A stretch of 64,000 nucleotides of DNA from Malacoraja senta (GCA_038087875.1 CM075994.1:6386001-6450000), one strand, 5' to 3'; shown: positions 48,200 to 62,064, counted from the stretch's first letter. Notes: generated by a model not told the origin, from the letters alone. A program made the numbers and translations.

Positions 48200-50376
48200 G
48201 TCTGTGGCTTTATCTTTTCACACTAAGCACACTTCTCAAATAAAATAAGGGCTATTTATTTCGTTCCTATCCAAATCGGCGGGAAAGGCAGCATCTCTGG
48301 AGAGAAGGAATGCTTGACGTTTTGGGTCGAGAAGAAGGGCCTCGACCCAAAACATCGCCCATTCATTTTGTCCAGAGAAACTTTCGGTTTGAACCAGCAT
48401 CTGCAGTTCCTTCCTATACAATAGCTTTAGTTTAGTTTAGGTTAGAGATACAGCATGCAAACAGCCTTCGGCCCACCGAGTCCGCGCCGACCATCGATCA
48501 CCCGTACACTAATTCTATCCTACACGTTAGGGACAATTTACAGAAGCCAATTAACCTACAAACCTGCACGTCTTGGGGATGTGGGAGGAAACCGGAGCAC
48601 CCGGACAAAACGCACGCGGTCTCAGGGAGAACGTACAAACTCCGTACAGACAGCATAGGTAGTCAAGATCGACCAGGGTCTCTGGCGTTGGGAGGTAGCA
48701 ATACCACCGCTGAGTTACTCCAGCATTGTGTGTCTATCTTCGGTGTAAATCGGCATCTGCAGTTCCTTCCTACGCCAAACGAAAAATAAGCTGTGAGCAA
48801 AAAACCCAGACATGAATGCAGAAATACAGAATCAGTAAACAATTCCATGGTAGTGCAAGTGATGGTCCCTAGTCTTCCATTGGCGAGGTTGGACTTGAAT
48901 TATGCAAGTTGGTTCAAGACCCTGATGGTTGCATGAAAGTACATTTAACTAGAGAAAGACTGCAGATGTTGGAACCTTGAGCAAAAGTCAGTGCTGAAGA
49001 AACTCAGCGGGTCAGGCAGCTTCTGTAGAGGGAATGATCTAAAGAATGATATATTTCATTCCTGAGATACAGCCAGACCCATCGATTTCCTCCGGTGCGT
49101 TGTTTTTTTACCTTTAACCATAGCTGCTTCTCCCTAACTTTGCCTTACAGCGTTTACAGCGCTTGAAGCGCCAGAAACCCAGGTTCGATCCCGACTACAG
49201 GTGCTGTCTGTACGGAGTTTGTACGTTCTCTCCGTGACCGCGTGGGATTTCTCCGAGATATTCGGTTTCTTCCCACACTCCAAAGACATACAAGCTTGTA
49301 GGTTAATTGGCTTCTGTATACGTGTGATTTGTCCCTCGTGTGTGTAGGATAGTGTACGTGTGCGGGGATCGCTGGTAGGTGCAGACTCGGTGGGCCGAAT
49401 GGCCTGTTCTTGGGCTGTATCTCTAAAATAAAACTAACATAGCTCAGCCTCTCCAGTCTAAACTTGGAAGCTGAATTTTCCATTTTAAGCAAAGATTATT
49501 GAACAGGCGACTAAAACCATGTGAGGAAAAGTTAGGGTGAATACACAGTCGTCTACCCGGTGTAGGGGAATGGAGAACCAGAGGACATAGGTTTAAGCTG
49601 AAAGGGAAGGGATTGATAAGGAAACCGAGGGGCAATGTTTCCCACAGAGGGTGGGTGGTACATGAATGAGGAGGGGAGGTACTTGAGGCAGGTACTATAA
49701 CATAATTTAAAGCTACATGTACATGGATAGTAAAGGTTTAGAAGGAGAAATGCCAAATGCGGGAATATGGGACTAGCTTAGATGGGACATCTTGGGCGTC
49801 ATGGACAAGTGGGGCTGAAGGGCACTATTATCTTCTTGCATGACACGTAAGCAATTGCAGCGAATTTTAGACGCAACCCCGCACGTCACACAAACCAACC
49901 TCCCTTCTATCGATTCCATTTATACCTCACGCATAATCAAGGACAAGTCGTACCGTGCCCACTCCCTCTTCTCCCCTCTCCCTTCAGGCAAAAGTTATAG
50001 AAGTGTGAAACTGCACACCTCTAGATTCAGGAACAGTTCCTACTCAGCTGTTATCAGGCAACTGAATCATCCTACCACAACCAGAGAGCAGTGCTGAACT
50101 ACTATCTATCTCTTTGATGTCCCTCGGTCTATCCTTGACCGGACTTTACCTTGCACGAAATGTTATTCCCTTATCATGTATCTATACATTATAAATGGAT
50201 TGATTGTAATCATGTATTGTCTTTCTGTTGACTCGATAGCACACAACAAAAAGCTTTTCATTGCAGCTCGGTACACGTGACAATAAACTAAGCTGAACTG
50301 AACTGATCTCCATCATCCTGTTCCTGTTCATCAACAAGTCATTAGATTGGCAATTGAAATATTGATTTATCTTCAG

Positions 50377-50486
50377 GTTATAAGCCACTGAGAATCTCAA
50401 GCCGTGTACTTTTTACAGCCGCCTCAATCATCTTCATCTCAGCTATCTTTTGCTACATGTATTGCAAGAGGACAAGCTCAGCACAA
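50377..50486 (+). CDS. CD2/SLAM-family gene, transmembrane exon (GYKPLRISSRVLFTAASIIFISAIFCYMYCKRTSSAQ)
   Basis: Acceptor atttatcttcag, donor CAA|gtcagt (alternative in-phase donor at 50526). 110 nt, phase 1 to 0. Hydrophobic helix followed by KR. Confidence 0.8.
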
Positions 50487-53299
50487 GTCAGTACCTTAGA
50501 ATATTTTTTCTTCGTCCAATTCCAGGTAATAATCTGTAACCCACCCACCCCTCTCTCCCTCTCTCTATTCCTCTGCCTTACCAGTTAGTGCGCCCATTTC
50601 TCCCACTATCCCATCCGTCCCCTTACCCTTCAACGATTTGACCGTGGATGGAATGCGCCAAGAATTAATTGGTGAAACTGTGGATATGCGAGAGACTTGG
50701 ATGTGGATGTGGAGAGGATTTTTCCAATAGTGGGAGACACTAGGACTAGAGGTCATAGCCTCAGATTTAAAGGACGGTTTTTTAGGAAGGAGATCAGGAG
50801 GAATGTATTTTGTCAGAGGTGGTGAATCTGTGGAATTCTTTGCCATAGAAGGCTGTGGAGGACGTCAATGGATATTTTTGTGGCAGACGGAGATAGATTC
50901 TTGATTAGTACAGGTGTCAGGCGTTACAGGGAGCAGGTAGGATAATAAGGTTAAGAGGGAGATACAGATCAGCCATGATTCAATGGCGGGGTAGACTTGA
51001 TGGGCGAATGGCCTAATTCTGCTCCTATCACTTATGACCTTATGTGGGGCCAAAGATGACGGTTTCTGCGGGATTATAGGGATGATTGAAACAATAGGCT
51101 GGCATCGCGCTAGAATTGGGATGGGACATTAAAGTAATTTTAAAATACACCAAAGAAACGTCCCATTAGCGAGGCGAGCTGCAGATAGTTCAACCCATGT
51201 GGTTTGGACCCTGGCTGCAGATGCTGTCGCATTCTATCGCCCACTGCGGTCCCAGACCACACGTAGCGTGAACAAAAATACGCGTGTGATCGGATAAACA
51301 GATGGGCTTGGAACAAGGTGCAGCAGAGAGGACAGTCCGTGCTTAAAGGTGATAACCGCACCGTATTTAAGTTGACAAACCCACAGTAACATCCTCTGAC
51401 AACACCATTCTGCCTTTTTTTTTGTATGTAATTCTCTAAAGTGAAAAGTCATGGCGGTGACCGATAAGGCATAATCAGAAAAGGACACAACGTGCTGGAG
51501 CTAACTCAGCGGGTCTGGCTGGATCTCTGGAGAGCACGGAAAGGCGACACAGCTTCGAGTCACAGCTCCATCCAAGACCGCAAGAAATTGCAGCGAATTG
51601 TAGACGCAGCCAGACCATCACACAAACCGACCTCCCTTCCATTGATTCCATCTACACCTCACGCTGCCTTCGCAAGGCCAGCAGCATAATCAAAGAGGAG
51701 TTACACCCTGTCCACTCTCTCTTCTCCCCTCTCCTATCAGACAAAGGTACATTGCAGACATCCATATTCAAGGACAGTTTATTCCCAGCTGTTATCAGGC
51801 AACTGAATCATCCAGCCACAACCAGAGAGAAGTGCTGAACTACTATCCCCCCCTCATTGGCGACCCGCAGACTATCCTTGATTGGACTTTGCTGGTTTTA
51901 CCTTGCGCTAAATGTTATTCCCTTATCACTGTAAGTGGCTTGATTGTAATCATGTGTTGTCTTACCGCTGACTGGGTAGCACTCAACAAAAGTTTTTCAC
52001 TGTACCTCGGTGCAGGTAACAATAAAGAAAACTGTAAACCAAATTGTACTATACCTTCTTCAAACTGATTTGGTGGAAGTTGCGGAGAAGAAGGCTGGAA
52101 AAGGGGGAGAGGCATGCCAAAACGTGGCAGGTAATAGTGAGACAGGTGAATGGGGAGCTTGATAGGCAGGTAGTGTCATGGAAACATACAGCGTGGAAAC
52201 AGGCTCTTCGGCCCAACTTGCCCACACCGACCAACATGCCCCATCTACACTCGTCAGACCTGCCTGCATTTGGCCCATATTCTTCCAAACCTATCATATC
52301 CATGTACCTGTCTAATTGTTTCTTGAACGTTGCAATGATCCCTGCCTCAACGCTCACTACTGGAAATATATATTTGAAGGAACTGCAGATGCTCGTTTAA
52401 ACGAAAGATAGACACAAAATGCTGGAGTAACCGAGCGGGACAGGCAACAACTCTGGAGAGAAGGAATGCGTTACGTTTCAGGTCGAGACCCTTCTTCTAC
52501 TGCTGGAAAGATCCTCTCCACGTCCGTTCTATCTCGAACTTTCATTGTCTGGCAAGTTTCAATGAAATCCCCATCATCCTTCTAAACTCCAGCGAGTACA
52601 GGCCCAGAGTCTTCAAATGCTCCTCATACATTAACCCGATCATCCCTGGGATCATTCTCGTAAACCTCCTCTAGACCCTCTGCAATGCCACCACATCCTG
52701 CACATCCTTCCTCAGTTATGGGACCCAACACTGCTCACAGTATTGCAAATGTGGCCTCACCAACACCTTATAAGTTATTGTGCTTGGAATTAAATCCTCT
52801 CCACTGTAAGTCTCGGCTGATACTTTAACTGAACGTATTTTTATACTTTAGTGATACAGTGTGGAAACAGGCCCTTCGGCGCATTGAGTCCGCGCCGATC
52901 AGTGATCATCCCGTACACAGTAGCATTATCCTACACACTTGGGACAATTTACAATTTTACTGGAGCCAATTAATCTACAAATCTGTACATCTTTGGGAGG
53001 AAACCGGAGCACCCGGAGAAAACCCACATGATCCCACAAACCCACAGGGAGAACGTGCAAACTCCGTAAATACAGCAGCCGTGGTCAGGATCGAACCCGG
53101 GTCTCTGGCGCTGTAAGGCAGCAAGTCTACGGCTGTGCCACCGTGCGACTTACAGCACAGAAATAGGCCCTTCGGCCCAATTGCCCAGGTCATCTAACGC
53201 TCCTCCTATGTTAACCCAATCATCACCAGGTCCATTCAAGTAAACCTTGCTCTGTGCGTTACAAGCCTGAGTCACATAAACACAAGGTCTAAATACATG

Positions 53300-53790
53300 G
53301 TCCACTGACAAGCTGCGGCGAGGAAGAGACCATGCGAGAAGCTGCAGCCCCTGTACCACTATCTGAAGGGGATGCTCCTCAAGTTTTGGTTATATTTTAG
53401 TCCCACGATTTTGGTATTTGGGCACAAGGCAGGGAGTGGGGAGGGTCGATCGTGAGGGTGGGATCTCCCTGTCAGTCAGCTCCTGGGCCTGACCAAGATG
53501 GCCATCCAGGTGTCCAGACAGCGGGCGGTCGATGGTCACACCAGGGTCAGCTGTCCGACCTCTTCTGGGTCTACGTCCGTTCCTGCGTGTCCCCAGAGAG
53601 GGAACACACACGCGGTGTCCACGGGGACTCTGGGGGCCTTCCGTGTACGCCGGTCGCCGCGGGGGACGGGGGGGGGGGTGAATTGCAGACAAGGATGGTA
53701 CAATTGTATCACAATGACTGCCTGATGGAATGTGACTATTGAAATCGTGTACTATCTTGTCCAGTGTAAACACTGAATAAAGCTCCATGA
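53300..53790 (+). mobile_element. Tx1-type LINE 3' fragment
   Basis: CEKLQPLYHYLKGMLLKFW..LLGLTKMAIQVSR..REHAVSTGTLGAF, followed by AATAAA. Confidence 0.75.
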
Positions 53791-54249
53791 AAGAAGGGGG
53801 GGGGGGGGGAATGGCCCACTGACATTCTCCCCTTTCAAGCCACAGAGAGATTTGTGTGAACTGGATGCCAGTGGAGGAGAGGAAACATAGAAACGTAGAA
53901 AATATGTGCTGGAGTAGGCCTTTCCGTCCTTCGAGCCAGCACCGCTGTTCAATATGATCATGGCTGATCATCCAAAATCAGTGCCCCGTTCCTGCTTTTT
54001 TCCCCCATATCCCTCGATTCCTTTGGCCCTAAGAGCTAAATCTAACTCTCTTGAATACATCCAATTAATTGGCCTCCACTGTCTTCTGTGGCAGGGAATT
54101 CCACTGGTTCGCAACTCTCTGGGTGAAAATGTTTTTCCTCATCTCAATCCTAAATGGCCTACCCCTTATTCTTAAACTGTGACCCCTGGTTCTGGACTCC
54201 CCCAACATCGGGAACATGAGGAAAAGTTTTCCTGCATCGGAAAGCACAG

Positions 54250-54301
54250 CTCACCACGATTTACGATGAGATAAAATTCTATCCCGATCTGGACACTGCA
54301 G
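54250..54301 (+). CDS. Candidate cytoplasmic ITSM exon of the SLAM-family gene (LTTIYDEIKFYPDLDTA)
   Basis: TIYDEI fits TxYxx(V/I). Phase 0 start after cacag matches the TM exon. Ends CAG|gcaaga (GC donor). The acceptor is weak and abuts a CR1. Confidence 0.58.
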
Positions 54302-54584
54302 GCAAGAACGACCGAGGGAAAGGCATCAAATCTAACCACCTGCTTGAATTGTGCCTTGAATTTAGATTAGTTTAGAGATACAAATGGTGGCGCAGCGGTA
54401 GAGTTGCCACCTTACAGCGCTAACAGCGCCAGAGACCCTGGTTCGATCCTGACTACGGGTGCTGTTTTGTACGCAGTTTATAAGTTAGCACGTCACCTGT
54501 GTGTCTCCTCCCAGTTTCCTCGTTAATTGGCTTCATTTATGGTAACCGCTGCGATAGCGTGCAACAGCCGTAAGTGGGTCTCAC

Positions 54585-54801
54585 CGTGAGGAGCCTGTGT
54601 CGCGTCCTTGGCGTTGATGAGAGCGGATCACCGCGATCAGCTTCTCGATTGAGTTTCTTCTCTTGGCCTGAGGTTGGCCTCCAGGATCTGCACCACCCCC
54701 TGGGACTCGTGGCCCCGCCGCTCCCGCAGGCCGTTCTCCTGCTCCCGTGCATGGTGCCGAACTGCCCCTCAATGCCGGGAGAGTGGGTGAAGGGGTGACT
54801 C
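54585..54801 (-). pseudogene. Possible degenerate TRIM coiled-coil exon
   Basis: Across frameshifts it reads IEGQFGTMH..REQENGLRERRGHESQGVVQILEANLR..NSIEKLIAVIRS..KD.T.LLT|gtgag, and it runs into the gap. Confidence 0.38.
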
Positions 54802-54989
54802 NNNNNNNNNNNNNNNNNNNNNNNNNNNNNNNNNNNNNNNNNNNNNNNNNNNNNNNNNNNNNNNNNNNNNNNNNNNNNNNNNNNNNNNNNNNNNNNNNNN
54901 NNNNNNNNNNNNNNNNNNNNNNNNNNNNNNNNNNNNNNNNNNNNNNNNNNNNNNNNNNNNNNNNNNNNNNNNNNNNNNNNNNNNNNNNN
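54802..54989. other. Assembly gap
   Basis: Run of N. Confidence 1.
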
Positions 54990-56399
54990 CTGACACACAC
55001 ATACAGACACGAACACGCATACACACAAATAAACCTCAAGCACATGCTGACACACATACAGACGAACACATACAGACACACCCACACGCACACACGCACA
55101 AGCACACAGATAATCCCAAAACCGTACAGGTTTGTAGGTTAATTGGCTTGGTAAATTTAAAAATTCTCCCGAGTGTGTGTAGGATAGTGTTAGTGTGCAG
55201 GGATCGCTGGTCGGCGCGGACATGGAGGTCCGAAAGGCCTGTTACCGCACCGTATCTCTAAACTAAACATACACATACAGACACACTCAAAGATACGTAC
55301 ACACACACAGATAAACATACACATACAGACATCTACACAGACACACATACACACATACAGACAAACACCAATAAACATACACAAACAGACACATGCGCAC
55401 ACGCAGGTAAACACGGGAGGGCGGGGCTATTTCCGCGATGAAGAAGGGTCTCGACCCGAAAATCACCCATTCCTTCTCTCCAGAGATACTGGGTTACTCC
55501 AGCATTTTGTGTCTATCTTCTGCTACCTACAGTCTGAAGACTCTCCCCTCGCTTGATTCTACCAGTTCACCTTCCCGCTGTTGTATCACCCCACCCCCTG
55601 AACTTCCTCAACGCGGTCCCGTCCCTTTTACATTCACAGATACTGCTTGATCACGCTGAGTTCTGAGGACGGCACGGTGGCGCAGCGGTAGAGTTGCTGC
55701 CTTAGAGCACCAGAAATCCGGGTTCGATCCTGACCACGGGTGCTGTCTGCACGGAGTTTGTACGTTCTCCCCGTGACATGCGTGGGTTTTCTACGAGATC
55801 TTCAGTTTCCTCCCACATACAAGTTTGTACGTGAACCGGCTTGGCATAAGTGTAAATTGTCCATAGTATGTTTAGGATAGAGTAAATGTGCGGGGATCGC
55901 TGGTCGGTGCGGATTCGGTGGGCCGAAGGGCCTGTTTCCGCGCTGTATCACTAAACTAAGCAGTTTATATATTTGTGAATTTTTGTGATGTTGGCGAATA
56001 TCGTGAGAGGTACTAACACTACTGATTAAGACGCTATTGAACGTAGATATACATATATATTTCTTATAAATAATATTTTGTATATATTTCTTATTTTCTT
56101 ATATAAATATATATATATTTTAATTGTTTTACATTTTAAACACGGCAGATCGTCGTCCTAGGAAACTGTTTAAACTTTTTAAATCATTTGTGCCCCATAA
56201 ACCTTTTAAGGGTCAGGCCACCTAATTTAATTAACACGTTTTAATTGTTAAACGACGATTCTTTTGTAATATTGAAAGTCTGAAACATGTAAAAGTCTAG
56301 TTTTTAAGTTTTAGATTGCTGGCACACAAAAAAGAATGATTGATTCTTGCATCTTGTTTGGTAAGCAACCTTTTCTGTTCGCTAGAACAAAGACCAGCA

Positions 56400-59300
56400 G
56401 ACAATAGGCAATAGGTACAGGACTAGGCCATTCGGCCCTTCGAGCCATTCAATGTGATCATGGCTGATCATCCCCAATCAGTACCCCGTTCCTGCCTTCT
56501 CCCCATATCCCCTGACTCCGCTATCTTTAAGAGCCCTATCTAGCTCTAGAAACATAGAAACATAGAAACATAGAAAATAGGTGCAGGAGGAGGCCATTCG
56601 GCCCTTCGAGCCAGCACTGCCATTCACTGTGATCATGGCTGATCGTCCCCTATCAATAACCCTTGCCTGCCTTCTCCCCATATCCCTCGACTCCACTAGC
56701 CCCTGGAGCTCTACCAAACTCTCTCTTAAATCCATCCAGTGACTTGGCCTCCACTGCCCTCTGTGGTAGGGAATTCCATAAATTCACAACTCTCTGGGTG
56801 AAAAAAAAAATTCTCACCTCAGTCTGAAATGACGTCCCATTTATTCTATTCTAAGACTGTGGCCCCTGGTTTATGGACTCGCCCCACATTGGGAACATTT
56901 TTCCTGCATCTAGCTTGTCCAGTCCTTTTATAATTTTATATGTTTCTATAAGATCCCCCCTCATCTTTTATATTTCTATAAGATCCCCCCTCTAAACTCC
57001 GGTGAATACAAGCCTAGTCTTTTCAATCTTTCCTCATATGACAGTCCCGCCATCCCAGGGATCAATCTCGTGAACCTACGCTGCACTGCCTCAATCACAA
57101 GGATGTCCTTCCTCAAATTAGGAGACCAAAACGGTACACAATACTCCAGATGTGGTCTCACCAGAGCCCTATACAACTGCAGAAGAACCTCTTTACTCCT
57201 CTACTGAAATCCTCTTGTTATGAAGGCCAACATTCAATTAGCTTTCTTCACTGCCTGCTGTACCTGCACGCCAACTTCAGTGACACCCAGGTCTCGCTGT
57301 AAGCCAACTTTCAGTGACCGGTGTACAAGGACGCCCAGGTCTCGCTGCACCTCCCCCTTACCTAACCTAACCCCATTGAGATAATAATCTCCCGCCTTGT
57401 TTTTGCCGCCAAAGTGGATAACCTCACATTTATCTATATTATACTGCATCTGCCACGCATCTACCCACTCACTCAACCTGGCAACCTTTCTCTTAAAACC
57501 CCACTCAACCTATCTCTTAGAAGTGTCCAGAAAACCGGCCTCCACCGCCCTCTGAGGCAGAGAATTCCACAGACTCACACTCTGTGTGAGAAAAAGTGTT
57601 TCCTTGTCTCCGTTCTAAATGGCTTACCCCGTATCCTTAAACTGTGGCCCCTGGTTCTGGACTCCCCCAACATCGGGAACATGTTACCTGCCTCTAGCGT
57701 GTCCAAACCCTCTCATCCTTCTAAACTCCAGAGTGTACAACCCAGCTGCTCAATTTTCTCAGCATATGACAGTCCCGCCATCCCGGGAATTAACCTTGTA
57801 AACCTACGCTGCACTCCCTCAATAGCAATAATGTCCTTCCTCAAATTAGGGGACCAAAACTGCACACAATAATGCAGGTGTGGTCTCACTAGGGCCCTGT
57901 ATAACTGCAGAAGGACCTCTTTGCACCTATGCTCGACTCCTCTTGTTATGCAGGCCAACATTCGCTTTCATCACTGCCTGCTGTACCTGCATGCTTACTT
58001 TCATACTAATGAACAAGGGCCCCTAGATTCTGTTGTAGTTCCCCATTTCCCAACTCAACGCCATTTAGATAGTAATCTGCCTTTCTGTTTTTGATACCAA
58101 AGTTGATAACCTCACATTTGTCCACATTAAACTTCATCTGCCATGCATCTGGCCACTCCCCCAACCTGTCCAAGTCACCCTGCATTCTCATAGTATCCTC
58201 CTCGCAGTTCACACTGCCACCCGGCTTTGTGTTATCTGCAAATTTGCTAATGTTACTTTGAATCCCTTCATCCAAATCATTGATGCATATTGTAAATAGC
58301 TGCAGTCTCAGCACCGAGCCTTGCAGTACCCCACTAGTCACGGCCTGCCATTCTGAAAGGGACCCGTTAATCCCTACTCTTTGTTTACTGGCTGCCAACC
58401 AATTTTCTATCCATGTCAACACTCAACCCCCAATACCATGTGCCCTAATTTTCCCCGCTAATATCCTATGTGGGACCTTATCAAATGCTTTCTGAAAGTC
58501 CAGGTACACTACATCCACTGGTTCTCCCTTGTCCATTTTCCTAGTTACATCCTCAAAAAATTCCAGAAGATTAATCAGGCATGATTTCCCGTTCGTAAAT
58601 CCATGCAGACTCGGACCGATCCTTTTACTGCCATCCAAATGTGTGCCTATTTCATCTTTTATAATTGACTCCAGCATCTTCCCCACCACCGATGTCAGGC
58701 TAACTGGTCTATAATTCCCAGTTTTCTCTCTCCCGCCTTTCTTTAAAAATGGGATAACATTAACTACCCTCCAATCCACTGGAACTGGTCCTGAGTCTAT
58801 AGAACATTGGAAAATTATCACCAATGCATCTACCATTTCTAGAGCCACCTCCTTAAGTACCCTGGGATAGAGACCATCAGGCCCTGGGGATTTATCAGCC
58901 TTCTGTCCCATCAGTCCACCCAACACCATTTCCGGCCTAATGTGGATTTCCTTCAGTTCCTCCGTCACCCTAGATCCTCTGGCCACTACTATATCAGGAA
59001 GATTGTTTGTGTCCTCCTTAGTGAAGACAGATCCAAAGTACCTGTTCATCTGCCATTTCCTTGTTCCCCATAATAAATTCACCTTTTTCGGTCTTCAAGG
59101 GTCCAACTTTGGTCTTAACTACTTTTTTCCTCTTCACATACCTAAAGAAGCTTTTACTATCCTCCTTTATATTCTTGGCTAGCTTACCTTCGTACCTCAT
59201 CTTTTCTCCCCGTATTGTGTTTTTAGTTATCTTCCGTTGCTCTTTAAACATTACCCAATCCTCTTTCTTCCCGCTCATCTTTGCTATGTTGTACTTCTCC

Positions 59301-60720
59301 TCGTCTATTTTTATACTGTTCCTGACGTCCCTTGTCAGCCACGGTCGCCCCTTGCTCCCCTTGGAATCTTTCTTCCTCAACAGAATGAACAGATCCTGCA
59401 CCTTCTGTATTATTCCTAGAAATACCTGCCATTTTTTGTTCCACTGTCATCCCTGCTAGTGTATCTTTCCAGTCAACTTTGGCCAGGTCCTCCCTTATGG
59501 CCCCAGAGTCCCCTTTATTCAACTGTAACACTGATACCTCCGATCTACCCTTCACCCTCTCCAATTGTAGATTAAAGCTGACCATATTTTGGTCACTACC
59601 TCCTAATGGCTCATTAACCTCGTACATTTCATAACACTAAATCCAGAATTGCATTCTCCCTGGCAGGCTCTAATATAAGCTGCTCTAAGATTCCATCATA
59701 AAGACACTCTACAACGTCCCTTTCTTGGGGTCCAGTACCAACCTGATTTCCCCAGTCTACTTGCATGTTGAAATCTCCCATAACAACCACAGCATTAACT
59801 TTGCTACATGCCAATTTGAACTCCTGATTCAACTTGCACCCTATGTCCAGGCTACTGTTTGGGGGCTTGCAGATAAATCCCATTAGTGTCTTTTTACCCA
59901 TACAATTCCTTAGTTCTATCCATACTGACTCCACATCTACTGTTTTGTCACCCCTTGCAATGGAGTGAATTTCATTCCTCAGCAACAGAGCTACCCTACC
60001 CCCTCTACCCACCTGTCTGTCTTTTCGGTAGGAGGTATACCCTTGGATATTCAGTTTCCAGCCCTGGCCCTCTTGCAGCCATGTCTCTTAAATTCCCACA
60101 ACATCATACTTGCCAATTTCTAACTGAACCTCAAACTCGTCCACTTTATTTCTTATACTTTGCGCATTCATATGCAACACTCTGACCTCCTTATTCACGT
60201 CCCCGCGCGCACTGCTCGCAATTGGCCCTGGCCTTTTCTCTTTTATCCCTTCTCGAACTTTCCTTCCCATTAATTCGAGAATCTTTTGTAATTTTTCCTG
60301 TACTCACTTCCCCTTCAACTCCATCTTTATACTCCCAATTTGTCAATCCCCCACTATTTAGTTTAAACCCACACGTGTAGCCCTAGCTAACCTGCCTGCC
60401 AGAATGTCGGTCCCCCTCCAGTTAAGGTGTAATCCGTCCCTTTTGTACAGGTCACCCCAAACCCAGAAAAGATCCCATTAAATCTAAATCCTTGCTCCCT
60501 GCACCAGCCCCTCAGCCACACATTCAGATCCCCTATCTCCCTGTTCCTGTCCTCACTAGCACGAGGTACTGGAAGCAATCCAGAGGTAACCACCCTAGAG
60601 GTCCTGCTTTTCAGTCTTCTTCCTAACTCTCTGAACTCACGTTGGAGAACCACTTTCCTCTTCTTCCCGATGTCGTTTGTGCCTACATGCACAACTACTG
60701 CCGGCTGTTCACCTTCTCTC
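56400..60720 (-). mobile_element. Nested CR1 LINEs, including a long decayed copy with ORF1 esterase, endonuclease and RT
   Basis: HVGTNDI..SGLLPVP..NVWLRGWC (SGNH ORF1 at 60387-60692); EN and RT motifs at 58006-60270; extra 3' pieces and tails at 56400-57960. Confidence 0.93.
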
Positions 60721-60863
60721 TCAAGGATGTTCTGAACAGATGTTTGTTAATGCACCAGGGTGACAACAGATGTTTGTTAATACACAACATTACACAAAAT
60801 GTTGTCAGGCATCGGATCATGTTTTACGGTGGCACTGCAAAATCCCATAAGAAACATGACCTC

Positions 60864-62032
60864 CTCTCTCCAATGAAACTGAATAACATAAATTATAATA
60901 AGAATCCAATTATTCATAGTACAATCCGTATTTGGAAACAAATAAAACAAAATTTAAAATTAAGAAACTTATCACTTTTATTACCTATAGTCAATAACCC
61001 TTCGTTTAGTCCTTCTATTATAGATAAAGCTTATACACAATGGGATAGACTAGGAATTAAAACGCTTGGTGACTTGTATGAAACTGGAAAATTACTTTCA
61101 TTTCAACAATTACAAATAAAATATAAACTCGGAAATAATCAATATTTTAAATATTTTCAAATATGCGACTATTTAATACAATTTAAAATTTTACATAGAT
61201 TATATTATTCGAAAACTAAAATTCATAAAATTTTCCCAAACGTATCATCTATTTGTGATAAATGTCAATCCCAAGAAGCAACTATAGCGCACTCATTTGT
61301 CTTCTGTACAAAAATTCAAAAATTTTGGAATGAAATTTTTGAAATCTTTACAAAGTTATTTAAAACAAGACTGATACCCAAAGCAGAATGGATTATCTTC
61401 GGAATAACGGAAGATGATCCAGAACTAAATGTATTTCAAAAGAAATTAATGGACTATGGGTTAATAACTGGAAAAAAGCTAATTCTAAAATTTTGGAAGA
61501 AGGCTCCATTACCAACTATAAATATGTGGATTTCAAATATGTTTGAAACATTACACCTAGAAGAGATAAGACTCCTCCTAGCAGGTAAACCAGATCACTT
61601 CCACCTGACGTGGTCTGCATTTATAGAATTATTACAAACATAGGGTGCAAAAGTACTTTAAAAAAATAAAAAAAATTGAGGTCAGGTAAGGGGGGATGAT
61701 AGTTGAAGAGTTGGTATGTCCTATTTACGTGATGCTCAAAAAAAAACATTTGTTTTTCTTTTTTTCTCTTTCTCTTTTCTTTTCTTAGGGCCTATTTCTT
61801 AACTCTTTTTCTTTTTGTTTTTAATTTCGCTCTTATAGGGTCTTCGTCCTTTTTTGTTGTTACATTTTCTACACTTTTCTACACTTGCACTTTTTCCTTC
61901 ACTTTCTTCTTTCTTTCAATCTTTTCCTTTTCTAGTGTAAAAAAATAAATAAAGGGAGTACATTAATTGTAAGAAGATATAAATGACGAGTATTAATGTA
62001 TGTGGTTGTAATGTAATGTACTTCTAATAAAT

Positions 62033-62062
<30 letters not shown>
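60864..62062 (+). mobile_element. 5'-truncated L1 with poly(A), 15-bp TSD and an in-frame internal deletion
   Basis: TSD AAGAAACATGACCTC at 60849-60863 and 62063-62077. FQICDYL is fused to IQFKILHRL. Same subfamily as 989-7345. Confidence 0.95.
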
Positions 62063-62064
<2 letters not shown>

